From: a virus | IMG/VR virus record: IMGVR_UViG_3300022935_000010 | Coordinates: 43,116 to 107,115 of that record | Length of the DNA: 64,000 nucleotides | Reading direction: 5' to 3' (one strand) | Part shown: piece by piece, positions 49,091-60,200 of the stretch | How the letters are laid out: every line of letters starts with the position of its first letter | How positions within the stretch are numbered: the first letter of the stretch is position 1 | Position numbers and translations under genes: made by a program | The notes under the pieces: model-generated | What the model was told of the DNA's origin: nothing | Database searches by the model: none | Seen by the model: the letters and a program-made list of their open reading frames with translations, nothing else

Positions 49091-49719
49091 TTGTAAGAAT
49101 ATAGAAGCCTAAGTACCTCGTCAATTGACTCGTGCCTATGGTTGTCCTTTAGGGCAATATTATACACGTACATGGAGTCTTTTAGTTTGGGTACTTCGTG
49201 AATTGCTGAGTCATTTGCAAATTTCAAATCTATCTGCTGGCCATCACCACACAAAATCATTGTGGAATATTTACCAAGCCTACCAAGAACCATTCCTAGT
49301 TGCTGTTTGGTCAGGTTTTGGAATTCATCTACAATAACAACTGCGTTATCAAAAGTTCTTCCTCTAAAGTGGCTTAGAGAAACAAGCTCAATCACTTCAT
49401 CTTTTTCTAGCTTTTCTAAATGATCCGCTTTATTGTAAACTTTTCTCATATTCGACCTAATTGGAACTAGCCATGGTTCCATCTTTTCTTCTAGCGATCC
49501 AGGTAGGAATCCATTATCCTCATTAGAAACTGTTGGTCTTGTGATAACTATCTTTTCACATTGTTTTTTGAAAAGTCTATCCAAGGCTATTTGAACCGCT
49601 AAAAGTGTTTTACCACTACCAGCTTTACCTGTTATGAAATTAAATGGGTGTGTAAGTATCTGTGATTTTGCAGATTTTTGCTCCTCTGAAAGTGTGATTG
49701 AGAATTTGTTTTTGTCCAC
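49087..49719 (-). CDS. phoH: PhoH-family ATPase
   Basis: GKAGSGKT, ITRP, GFLPGSLEEKMEPW, RGRTFDN, DEFQN, GRLG, GDGQQID. Confidence 0.95.
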   Translation of the reverse strand: MDKNKFSITLSEEQKSAKSQILTHPFNFITGKAGSGKTLLAVQIALDRLFKKQCEKIVITRPTVSNEDNGFLPGSLEEKMEPWLVPIRSNMRKVYNKADHLEKLEKDEVIELVSLSHFRGRTFDNAVVIVDEFQNLTKQQLGMVLGRLGKYSTMILCGDGQQIDLKFANDSAIHEVPKLKDSMYVYNIALKDNHRHESIDEVLRLLYSYN

Positions 49720-49730
49720 TGAGTTTGTTT

Positions 49731-50492
49731 TTATTTGTTATAGGTGATTTTCCACCCGTAGTTATCGACAAGATCCCTTAGCATAGGACTTTTAAGATGC
49801 TTGACCTGGTCAAAGAGATTGTGTTGATCGCTTCCATTTTTAAATTTAGCTGAGCTTTTTCTGAGAATGTATCCGTGATAGTGGCTTGCAAAGAAAGATA
49901 ACCATAAATCCTCTATAAACCAATATTTCTCTGGACATTCAAAGAGTTTTTTGTGCGAGAATATTTCCAGGTCACAAACCATGCCACCAGTACCACAATA
50001 ATCTACGGGTTCTCCCCCAGCAACGTTTACTCTATTGGCTGCACCATAATAGTTTAGTGTTTTAATCCTCCAAGCCCATTGGGATGATATTTCACCTTCC
50101 CTGGATTCTTTTATAAATATGTCTAGAGAATCTTTTCCAAATGTTTGGTCGTCGTCTACGAATACACAAAAATTCATAAATCCCGAATTTTTAAGAATGT
50201 GTCTTGCAAAATAGAATCTTCCGAATCCCCCTAGATTTTCACTGCTGTGGTATATGGTACATGGGAATTTTGAATTTTCTTCTAATATTTTTTGGAACAG
50301 ACCTGACTTTTCTTTGTTGTTATTCCATACATGAAGATGGAAGTTTTTAAAGTCTTGGTTGTTTAGCTGTTGTACTACATGGAGAAACCCTTCTTCCCTT
50401 TGCCAAGTACACATGATTACTGGAAGTATATGTGAGTCTGTGTTTTTGAGATCAGTATTTATATGTACAAGGTTTCCCTCTTCTAAGAGCAT
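49731..50492 (-). CDS. glycosyltransferase (GT2-like, GT-A fold)
   Basis: VIMCTWQR, HVWNN, N.GGFGRF, FVDDD, EDLWLS; ATG 50492 preferred over TTG 50543. Confidence 0.75.
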   Translation of the reverse strand: MLLEEGNLVHINTDLKNTDSHILPVIMCTWQREEGFLHVVQQLNNQDFKNFHLHVWNNNKEKSGLFQKILEENSKFPCTIYHSSENLGGFGRFYFARHILKNSGFMNFCVFVDDDQTFGKDSLDIFIKESREGEISSQWAWRIKTLNYYGAANRVNVAGGEPVDYCGTGGMVCDLEIFSHKKLFECPEKYWFIEDLWLSFFASHYHGYILRKSSAKFKNGSDQHNLFDQVKHLKSPMLRDLVDNYGWKITYNK

Positions 50493-50515
50493 GTTTATGT
50501 GTTTGAAAATAGTTT

Positions 50516-50526
50516 GATATATATTC
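50516..50526. promoter_or_regulatory. possible bidirectional late-promoter motif GATATATATTC
   Basis: Reads GATATATA on + and GAATATATA on -, between divergent genes. Confidence 0.55.
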
Positions 50527-50557
50527 GAAACTAAAGAAATCAAAATAATTACAACAA

Positions 50558-51448
50558 ATGGCTACAGTAAATACTACTTCCATTCTTGGCTCTGATTCGA
50601 TTTCTGCATCGAGAACAACGATTAACTCCAATTTTTTGACACTTCAAAATTGGATTAACAATTACAACACTGTTTTCGGTCTAGATACGGTTAACGGAAT
50701 TATTAACTTAACTGGTGCTTCAACCGGTCGGGTTTCGGCTAAAACTGGAAAGTTCGATTCAATCATTGTTCCGAGTGGAGGTACAGCATTAGCACAAATT
50801 AATTCTTCCGGTGCAGGTTCTTTCTCTTCGGTTTCTACAACAAACCTAACAGGGAGTGGGACTATCACGTTTGGTGCTGGTAGCACTTTAACACAAGCGG
50901 GAACTTCTACATTCTCTGGATCAACAACATTGAGTGGATCTACTACCCTTAATAATACTATGACCCTAGGTCCAGTAGGTAACTTTGCTTCTCAGAACTC
51001 TGTTGGAGCAAGCGGAGCTACTGCAGGTACTGCATTTCCGTCTTCTGCAACAGGAGGCGGTGGCGGTAGGGGAACCTCATCTGCAAATCCTTATGTAATT
51101 ACAGCCCAAGAGGATGTGATCTACGCACAATGTTCTTCTGGATTCTATATGAGTGTTGGTACTAATGGAGCAACTGCAGCAAACTTACCAGCAGGACTTA
51201 GAATTACGATCGTGAATACCGAATCTTCGGCTGGTTCGATTAAGACCGGTGTTCAAGGATCAAATTACACGGGTTTTAATACTGCAAGTGGTTATGGTGA
51301 ATTCCCATCAACTGGAATTACAGTAGATGCAAATAGACCTTATCAATCCTCTGTACAACTACAATGGGAACCTAGAATAGGAAAGGGTGTGGGAAGCCAA
51401 GAAGGATCTTGGATAGTTCTCGGATCTTCAAATATGTCTTGGTCGTAA
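50558..51448 (+). CDS. Ser/Thr/Gly-rich virion (fibre-like) protein
   Basis: DSISASRTTINSNF N-terminal fibre-anchor-like motif, similar to the N-terminus of ORF 62871. Confidence 0.6.
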   Translation: MATVNTTSILGSDSISASRTTINSNFLTLQNWINNYNTVFGLDTVNGIINLTGASTGRVSAKTGKFDSIIVPSGGTALAQINSSGAGSFSSVSTTNLTGSGTITFGAGSTLTQAGTSTFSGSTTLSGSTTLNNTMTLGPVGNFASQNSVGASGATAGTAFPSSATGGGGGRGTSSANPYVITAQEDVIYAQCSSGFYMSVGTNGATAANLPAGLRITIVNTESSAGSIKTGVQGSNYTGFNTASGYGEFPSTGITVDANRPYQSSVQLQWEPRIGKGVGSQEGSWIVLGSSNMSWS

Positions 51449-51465
51449 TAAAAAAATTAGAGTAA

Positions 51466-53676
51466 ATGGCAAAAACTCCATTTATAAGACCTCTTCAACT
51501 ACAGGGCGGAACTTTTTACGCATTTTCTTCTGCTGCTGAAGATCTGTCTTTTACGTTTAATAATTCGGTAAATAAGTTTAAGTTTTCCAAGTTTGCCTTG
51601 CTAAATATCCCAGATATCAATTCTGGGGATCCTTTAGGAAATAGTATAAAGCTTAATGCTCCTGATAGTGCTTTCCTTGATTATGCAACTAGCGCTGGGA
51701 ATATTATTACTGGAAATGCAAATACCGATTTTTCTCAGAGCTTCCAAAGCTATTGTCTAAACTTTGAAACAACGGTATTAAGTTCGGATGTTTATAATTC
51801 AGACCTAAAGCAAAACATCTCCGAAAGGGTGTTTTTCAAATGGCTGAAGGAGGTAGGAGCCATAAGATATCAGCCTGCTGCATCAAGTCAGGTGGTTTCA
51901 ACACTTGACCAGAATGTAGTAACTACTGTTAACGGCCTTCCATCTACTCAAAAAAGATATGTTGAAGGAGATCCCTCCGGAGGTACTGGATCCTATGGCC
52001 TTTCTGGATCCACTTATAATAGGGTAGTCCAATATATTGGTAATCTGGATATAGTAAACTCTGTAAAAAACAATAACAACACATATTCTGAAGTCTATGT
52101 ACATGTTCCTACCAAGGATGGGAATACTCCTACTGTACTTTTTAAAAATGTTGTGGATGAAAATTATTATCCTGACTATCAGTGGACTAATAACCCTTCA
52201 GACCCTCTAGATAAGGAATATTTGACTGGAAGGTCTTACGATGAGCTCAATCCAAGCGGCCTTACAAACCTTGCAATATTCGACGATGACGTTTTAGGAT
52301 CTCCGTCAGTAACTTTTAGCGATACTACAGATGGAACCACTGGGAGTGGTAACTGGTATTCGCCAAGGGATACAGCAAACACATATTTCACAGACTCTTC
52401 ATTCACTGACCCAACTGCCCTGATTCTTGAAAAATCAGTTTCTGGTGCAACTGCTGGAGTAGGATACCAAAAATATGTAAGAACTAAACTCGATTCTGTT
52501 GGGATAGACTTTGATCCTGATTCATATAAACAGATTGTTGATGACGCATCAATTTCAACTTTGGAAGAATTTAATTCAACCTCAATCTCTGAGGATTTCG
52601 AATTTAATGCGGTTCTTATTTATTATGATGTTTATGACCCAGCGGATCCAAATAATTCTTCTACAAACCTTTACGGTGTACTTTTCCTAGATGATGTACA
52701 AACTTCAGGAACGGATGTTTATAGCATTCCAAGATTCCAAAAGTACAAGCCAAATATTGTTACTAAACTAAACGGTAATTCCTACGGCTTGAAGCTGAAT
52801 ATTAAGTTTGATGTTGACATAGATCAGACTGGTGTGGAACAAGCAATAAACGATTACTCTCCATTCTCTTTAACAATGTTTATGGATGCTGTAAATGTTT
52901 TACAAGATGCCTCAAGCACCATGAACAACAACGCTGCTTCTTATATTGATTTGGAAAGAAGACTTTCGGCGGTTGAGAATCTGTTATTGACACAGGATAG
53001 CTCAGCGACATTGGACAGAAGAATAACAAGCCTTGAAGCTTCATATTCAGCTAATCAAGCTCTATTTAATAACACCCAATCTGTGATGGGTCTAATAACT
53101 CAAAATTATGAGTTAATACGTGCGATTGTTAACAACGAGACTTCTGTAGAAATATCTTACAACTTAGATACGATAAAACAAGGTCCGGGTGTTATTGTGA
53201 ATAGGTCAATACCAAACCAGGTTATTATCGAAAATAAAAACCAAGAGTTTGACCTTGGTGAAGGTAATGGTACAATCACACTACAAAACAATGCACTGAA
53301 TAGTATAGGGCTAGCGTCATTTGGAAATTATGTTAAGCACATTAACGATGGTACACCGATTAATCTTTCGTCGGATCTTTCAATAAGGATAGACGATTCT
53401 GTGGTAAATTGGAAAAAGGGACAGTCATACAGATTTAGTTTTGGTGACCAGGTAATTCCTGGAGACTTTACAATCAACTTCCTTACTAATGCGGTTGGTA
53501 AATATCCAATTAGTAACCCTAGTGGAGTTGCTTATTCAAACCTGATAATATCCCTAGTTGATTCAGATATTTCAGCATATGACTATATGCCAGTAATTGA
53601 GATAGTTTGTATCGACAATGAAAACTTAGTATTCCAAGCTGATATAGTCGGCAAAAGCTTAACAAATAATGGGTAA
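51466..53676 (+). CDS. virion structural protein
   Basis: 736-aa ORF in the structural operon; central coiled coil. Confidence 0.55.
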   Translation: MAKTPFIRPLQLQGGTFYAFSSAAEDLSFTFNNSVNKFKFSKFALLNIPDINSGDPLGNSIKLNAPDSAFLDYATSAGNIITGNANTDFSQSFQSYCLNFETTVLSSDVYNSDLKQNISERVFFKWLKEVGAIRYQPAASSQVVSTLDQNVVTTVNGLPSTQKRYVEGDPSGGTGSYGLSGSTYNRVVQYIGNLDIVNSVKNNNNTYSEVYVHVPTKDGNTPTVLFKNVVDENYYPDYQWTNNPSDPLDKEYLTGRSYDELNPSGLTNLAIFDDDVLGSPSVTFSDTTDGTTGSGNWYSPRDTANTYFTDSSFTDPTALILEKSVSGATAGVGYQKYVRTKLDSVGIDFDPDSYKQIVDDASISTLEEFNSTSISEDFEFNAVLIYYDVYDPADPNNSSTNLYGVLFLDDVQTSGTDVYSIPRFQKYKPNIVTKLNGNSYGLKLNIKFDVDIDQTGVEQAINDYSPFSLTMFMDAVNVLQDASSTMNNNAASYIDLERRLSAVENLLLTQDSSATLDRRITSLEASYSANQALFNNTQSVMGLITQNYELIRAIVNNETSVEISYNLDTIKQGPGVIVNRSIPNQVIIENKNQEFDLGEGNGTITLQNNALNSIGLASFGNYVKHINDGTPINLSSDLSIRIDDSVVNWKKGQSYRFSFGDQVIPGDFTINFLTNAVGKYPISNPSGVAYSNLIISLVDSDISAYDYMPVIEIVCIDNENLVFQADIVGKSLTNNG

Positions 53677-53692
53677 AATTTTATAAAATAAA

Positions 53693-56600
53693 ATGGCATC
53701 AACACAAAATTCAATAAGTTCTCTAGTAGCTCAGTTTCTAAGACTGCAAAAAAATTCATTGGAGATAATTAATGGACTAAACGAGGTAGCAACTTCGACT
53801 AACGAAAATGTGCAAATCGAGTTGCTTGACGAAAACGGTTTGCCATCTTTCACCAGTATTCCAGCATATGGTTATCTAAGAAGTGAGATAGAAAGGCTTG
53901 ATTCTAATATACAATCATTAGCTGGTCTTGGTGACAACTTTGCCACTGTGAGAAACCCGGACGGTACATACAGTCAGGTTTATAGATCAGAGCCGCTAAA
54001 AGATCCCACCCCCTTATCCAATTTGCAAGTTCCTAGCACTTTTGCTACCAGAGACAATTGGTTCTTTGAAAGTTTTTTAAGTCCTCTTCTTTATATCTCA
54101 ATTGATGTTACCGGGCAAGTTTCTGATACTGCTGATCGTGTTAGAGTAAAAAGGATCATTGCTAACACTAACACTGACGATAAGAAAGCTTATTTTGATG
54201 CCAACCTAAATGGAAGAAACGACCTTTCTGAACAAGATTTTATTAATGACCTTGAGGATGCTGGCATAGATTACTTTGTAGATGAGGATAACATTGACCT
54301 TCCTCTAAGGACAATTAGAAATAAAGGAACGTTTGGAGTACTCTCTTTTTATGATGATGTTGTGACCATAACTGATACAAACGGCAATCAAGTCCAGGAA
54401 ACTAGAAGGAATTACAAGTTGAATACCGTCAATTACACAGATACAACATCAAATGTAACTAACGGAAGAACATTATCGAATGGGGATACTCTTTTAACCC
54501 CTGACGGAACAAGATATCTAATAACTATGGTGGATGTGGAGGAAACTTCAGTCCAGCTAAAAAGAACCTCTGGATATCAGCCTGTACAAATTGGTGATAA
54601 TCAGCTTACTTTAGAATCTACTCAACTTAGCTCAAGGTCTATAGATGTCAACGTTGGATTTGATGAAAGACAGGGTATTTTCTTTAAGCAGATTGATGAC
54701 AATTATAATGTTGTTGGATCTACCTGGTCTACTGGTGTTGTCATATTCAGTAATGAATTAACCATCAATACAGATTCTGGTGTTCAAACACTGGAACAAT
54801 TCTATCTTACCTCTGTAGCTGATCTTGGGCAAATTTTCCTTGGAATGGCTAAGGAGAAGAAAGTAAATGCAATAAATGGTTTAGTTCCTGATGTGCCTTC
54901 GGTTTCTGCTACTAATTTTAGGGTTGTTCAGGTAAACACTCAGCTTACCCAAGGAACTGACGTCCAGACATTAAATGATAAAGTCTCTTTGAAATCGACT
55001 CTTCAGTCTGAAATTCAGCAATTGGACAATTCGATATCTAAAGCAAGAACTGATTTAAATTCGGTTTCTTCCACAAACGTTTTAGCAAACGACGGACCAG
55101 CAACATTCTCTGGTTCATCCTCGTTATCAGTTTCCTCAACATCTTCGAATGCACAAGCTTCTAGCTCTATACTTGCTTCCCTAAATTCATTAACTCAACA
55201 AAGGGTTCAAAAGCAGCAGCTTTTGACCTCAGTAGTTGGTGATATTACTACGCTATCAGAAACCAATACCCAATTTAAGGTTGAGCCTAAATACAGAGTT
55301 AGAGGCTTCTGGCCAATACCACCTCCTAAAAATAGCTCAATTACTGGTGACCAAAGCGTCATTCAGTTCATTGTCCAGTATAGGTATCTTTCAGAAGCTG
55401 GTGCTTCTCCTGCAGTGCAACAGATAAGTTATCTGGATGATAATGGACAAGAAAAAAGCGGGGCCTTTTCAAACTGGACTGAAATAAAGTCTGAACTTAG
55501 GAAAAAAATATACGATGTTAATACAGGTACTTATGTTTGGGCACCAGAGGATACTGAAAATGCAGATGCAACTAATATAAATCAACTCGATATACCGATC
55601 ACAAAAGGTGAAAGAGTTGAAGTAAGAATTAAATCTGTTTCTGAGGCTGGTTGGCCAGATAACCCCGTTACTTCAGATTTCTCTGATCCTGTCGTAGTTA
55701 CTTTCCCTGATGATCTTTCTACGCAAAGCACAGCTGAAAGTGTAAGTACTAACTTAAAGGATGAGGCAGTTCTTGCTATTCAGCAAGATTTGTCTGCGAA
55801 AGGAATTGATGGTCTATTAAGCCAGCAAGTAGTCACAGGAGAAAAGACATATTATCTTGGTTCGTCGTCTATATTGAGTGGATATTACGATTCTGCTGGT
55901 AATCCTTTGGACCTTTTACAAAAGCTTAATGAATTACAAGACCAGTTAAATTCTCTAAAAGCTACAGTTGAAAATGCCACTGGTATTCTTGAAGTTTATA
56001 TAGTAGATGGGACTAACACACAATTGGTTTCGAATGGGTCCACTATTAATCTAAATGCTGGGTATTTCAATCAGATCTATCAAAACGCTTCAACTTCGGA
56101 TGCAGGTAAAATTGCATCAACTGTATATGAGATAAAAATAAGCAATACCTCTTCAGGTCTTCTTGAATTGTCCTCTATTCTGCCAGGTGGATTAACTACA
56201 CTTGCCGGAACAAGTTCAACTTATGCTTTACCAGACGGATACTCGACTAATCTTAGATATGGTGATGTGCCTATCTCAATAACATCACTTACTACTGCTG
56301 ATATAATACCAGTTGGATCTACCGGCGGCGCAAATAGTGACGCCTTTAAGGAGTACCGTCAGGCACCACCTTATGCTTCAGGAAATTCTAATAGCCAGTT
56401 CATTTATCCTAGATGGAAATCTGTTGGCTTTGATGCTGACCTATACATTACTCCATCTGCATTTGCAGGTTCTTACTTATACACTGGCGACTCAAGTGGC
56501 CTTCCAAGAAATGGTAGTCAGCTTTTGCCATACGATCCAACAGATAGTTCGGTACCAACCGCTTCTGGAACCGACGCTAGCGTTTGGAGTGGTGTAATAA

Positions 56601-57265
56601 CAGGGGCTACTGGTAGTTATAGTGGTGTAGGAAACGGAACCCTTAGTGAATTCTGTATTCATAAAGATCACCCAGATCTATCTACTGGCCTATCTTTCAC
56701 TAACCTAGTTAAGCCAGATTTCTCTGGTGGTTTGGTTGTTTACCCATACTTCAGACAATCTGATTACTTCTATACTGACACAACACTCCAGGACAATTAC
56801 AAGCAGCTCGGATATCAGCAGGTATCTGCTGATTTTGTACAGGGACCAACAGCTTCTAGAGGTGATGATATGTACCCAAATAAATTGGGCTTCACTGTTA
56901 ATGATGAATATCTAATTGGTAGGTATACTTGTGGTGCTTACCTATTCTTAGGTCCTCCTACTGCTTCAACAATTCAGGTGGAAGGATCTACACAATTAGC
57001 ATCCAAGTATGTTAAAAATGGAGATTCCAATTCTATAAATGTGCCTTTAATATTCCAATTTAGAGCAAACGATAAGCTAGGATATATTGGTGGATTTAGG
57101 GCTGATGGAAACCCAACTAATATTACCTACAGTAAAAAGGCCGGAATAGATATACAGGTTAGAAACCAAAGTCCATTCTCTTTCGATGTTCAGGTTACTG
57201 GAAAATATAAAAATGATACTCTTTCAGCTCCAAATTTCTCATCAACAACTAGAAACGTAGGCTAA
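53693..57265 (+). CDS. large virion structural protein
   Basis: 1190 aa; coiled coils and an FN3-like segment (VEVRIKSVSEAGW). Confidence 0.55.
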   Translation: MASTQNSISSLVAQFLRLQKNSLEIINGLNEVATSTNENVQIELLDENGLPSFTSIPAYGYLRSEIERLDSNIQSLAGLGDNFATVRNPDGTYSQVYRSEPLKDPTPLSNLQVPSTFATRDNWFFESFLSPLLYISIDVTGQVSDTADRVRVKRIIANTNTDDKKAYFDANLNGRNDLSEQDFINDLEDAGIDYFVDEDNIDLPLRTIRNKGTFGVLSFYDDVVTITDTNGNQVQETRRNYKLNTVNYTDTTSNVTNGRTLSNGDTLLTPDGTRYLITMVDVEETSVQLKRTSGYQPVQIGDNQLTLESTQLSSRSIDVNVGFDERQGIFFKQIDDNYNVVGSTWSTGVVIFSNELTINTDSGVQTLEQFYLTSVADLGQIFLGMAKEKKVNAINGLVPDVPSVSATNFRVVQVNTQLTQGTDVQTLNDKVSLKSTLQSEIQQLDNSISKARTDLNSVSSTNVLANDGPATFSGSSSLSVSSTSSNAQASSSILASLNSLTQQRVQKQQLLTSVVGDITTLSETNTQFKVEPKYRVRGFWPIPPPKNSSITGDQSVIQFIVQYRYLSEAGASPAVQQISYLDDNGQEKSGAFSNWTEIKSELRKKIYDVNTGTYVWAPEDTENADATNINQLDIPITKGERVEVRIKSVSEAGWPDNPVTSDFSDPVVVTFPDDLSTQSTAESVSTNLKDEAVLAIQQDLSAKGIDGLLSQQVVTGEKTYYLGSSSILSGYYDSAGNPLDLLQKLNELQDQLNSLKATVENATGILEVYIVDGTNTQLVSNGSTINLNAGYFNQIYQNASTSDAGKIASTVYEIKISNTSSGLLELSSILPGGLTTLAGTSSTYALPDGYSTNLRYGDVPISITSLTTADIIPVGSTGGANSDAFKEYRQAPPYASGNSNSQFIYPRWKSVGFDADLYITPSAFAGSYLYTGDSSGLPRNGSQLLPYDPTDSSVPTASGTDASVWSGVITGATGSYSGVGNGTLSEFCIHKDHPDLSTGLSFTNLVKPDFSGGLVVYPYFRQSDYFYTDTTLQDNYKQLGYQQVSADFVQGPTASRGDDMYPNKLGFTVNDEYLIGRYTCGAYLFLGPPTASTIQVEGSTQLASKYVKNGDSNSINVPLIFQFRANDKLGYIGGFRADGNPTNITYSKKAGIDIQVRNQSPFSFDVQVTGKYKNDTLSAPNFSSTTRNVG

Positions 57266-57293
57266 AGAATTAATTAAAGGAATAACATTTTAA

Positions 57294-60200
57294 ATGGCTG
57301 CACCAAAATTATTTGACTATAATTCATCCTTTGGACTATTAAGAACTAACCCGAAAATTACTGGGAATGTAAAGGTTTCATTAGACTCATCTGGTGGGGT
57401 TTGGCTCAATTCGTTTAATGCTAATCCGACATTAAGTTCTGACAAGTTTAAGAAATTTGAGGTTACTGGAGAAGATTCTTATGCAACAGATCTCTATAAC
57501 TTTTTCGACAAGGGAAGCATAGCCAACGATCTTATATTCCAGGTTGGAGAACTTACTGATGGCAGTTCTAAAGCTCAGGAAGATTTTGAATTCCAGTATG
57601 ATTTCTTTTATGGTAGTGGGGCATCCACCTTAATTGATAAGAACTATACAGAGAATTTTTCATTCTTACAGCCACTTTGGCTAAGGGATGAATTACCCGA
57701 ATTTTTTGTAATCTTCAAAATACCAGAGCCATTAAGTTATCCTTACACAACTAATGTTACTCGAATTCAGAAAACAATTAGTTATAAGCTTATCCAAGAT
57801 CCAGATTCTAGCGAAACTTTCCAAATTGCATACGGGAAAGATAATTCTGGACAAGAAGTAATCTATTCTTCCAATGAGATCTTTGAGGGACTAGACCTTT
57901 ACACAAATTATAGTGTGGTTTCTGGATCCGGTAAGGTAGTTGAAATGGATGAATTAAAGTTCCAAAATCAGGTAAATGATGTAGAGTCTTTCTTTAATTC
58001 GCAAATATTGCCTAATGCTACCGTGGTTTCTACCTTTGATTTAAGGTCCGAGACAAAAATAGGAAAGTATATCAGAAGCATTGTAAATAACAAAAATTAC
58101 AAACAGTCACCGATAGATTTCTCATTCCAACCAAACACCTATACGTACTACAATGGTGCGAGCATAAAAGATGGTGTTTTTACAGAAAGTGGTGAACTTC
58201 TTTATGATTATCTTGTTAGCCCACAATCTTCTGTCCAATCTGATTTTGAAAATTATGTAACCGATGGATTCCAAAGGAATGGGATTATATGTCCTAATGT
58301 CCTGAATATGGAATTTCTATTTAATGATACTGATTCAGATTTATACACTATAAATAGATATTTTGGATTTTACGTCTCTAAGAATGACCTTGGGAATTTC
58401 TTTCTGAACGGTGATTATTTCTATGAATTTAGAAATGATGAAAACAATTTAAATTTACCAAAGCCTTCTAGGAATAATGTTGGGCACTACGAGGACAATA
58501 AACCTAATTTCCAAAGTAGTACTGGGGGCGTAAGATTATATTACGAAGGTGCTTCCGGATGGATACCAGGCTCTTATGACACAAACATAAATGATGCTCA
58601 GAAGTTATACTACATAACAGATAAATCTGATAATTTCTATTCGCTTAAAAGGTACCCGAATTACAATACAACAACTAAAACCTGGGAAAACAATACTCCT
58701 GATTATGCAAAATACGGCCCTTATGATGGAAGTTCTTTTGGCGTAACTGGCAACACTAGCCTTCCAACTGGATCGATTGTAGTTGGAAACACATCGGTGA
58801 ATCTGCAAGACTTTACCGGATATGGTGATAAGATTGGATCCATTAAAGGATCCTTACCAAATTCTAATGGTAGAGCAAACATTGGCATTGAATTCTTAAG
58901 TACTGAGGAATTGGATCAGGAGATTGTATTCAAGATTTTCTGGCCAAATGGAACAAGATCGGAAGCTGCTGGTAGGTATGACTTGATCAAAAGTGGTGAA
59001 TTCGGCGGAACTTTGGTTGGTTGGAAGGAAGGATCCTCATATAACATAGGTAACGAACATTTCTACAATGCAATTGACGGTACTACAGATAACGTAGCAT
59101 CCGCCTTTTGTGATTGTGTAAAATCGATTAGCGATGTTGTTTGGGATTCTGCACCTAGTTCCTCAACTTCGGTAATTAGGGCCAAAGCAGCAGGTAAAAA
59201 AGTAAACAGCACATTTAAGGTTGTAGCATACGAGGACTATGCATCCTTTGAGAGTGCTTATGTTGGTCTTTGGAATAATACATCTGCTTATTCTTCCGGT
59301 GATGTTGTAATATCCTCTGACGTTTACTACCAAGCAAAAAATAATATACCAGCTGCTACCCCAGGATCCGAAAATTTATTACCTCCCTCCGATTCTACCA
59401 ATTGGGAGTTATACTACACATTTTCTACAAGTGGAATAGTAAAGATCTCTGGGATTGACGCTTCAGTCTTAAGTGGAATTACGTCGTTCGTGGGTGGAAC
59501 TGATTATCCTTTGTCTAGGGTTGCATTTGACATAAAGGAAATTAACAAAGTGGTAGAGGGAAGCTATATACAAGTTACTTCTGGCACTGGAGTAACTGGT
59601 GGTGCTTCTATGATAGAAAGCGTAACTAGATATGTTGATGACCCAGCTTTCGATGCAAACGGAAAGGTAACTGGATTCCGTGGCTATAAAGAACTTCTCG
59701 TTGCTAATCTAAGGGATCAAAAATCCGTAATAGATCTTGGAACTAGTGGGTCTTTCAATCTATTTGAGATGCCAAAAATAAACACTGGAGTATTTTCGTT
59801 CTTTGACGTTAAAGACTTCGACTTTGATTTTTGGGCCTCTGATTATGGTGAAACCCCGACCCCTGAATTTCATAGATATTTTCAGCTCATACCTGAAGTT
59901 AGAGGTCAGATTAAGGAAAATGTAAAATATTTGGTTAAGTCCGGTGAAATCGTTGTTGATGTTGGAACTGGTACTGAAAGAAAAATTCCTGCAGGAAAAG
60001 CTTTTATCGGAACCTCTGTAAACTATTTCCAGGATATAGGATTTACGACAACCGGGGTTGAATCAATTGTTGTCCCCGCTATTTTTACTCAAATTCTGTG
60101 GAAGGATGTTGATTCATTTTATAACGTAAAGGGAATTAACTTTGAATCGAATTTGGATTCTTTTGATGGGTTCTATGGAATACAATCTATTAGCGAGACC

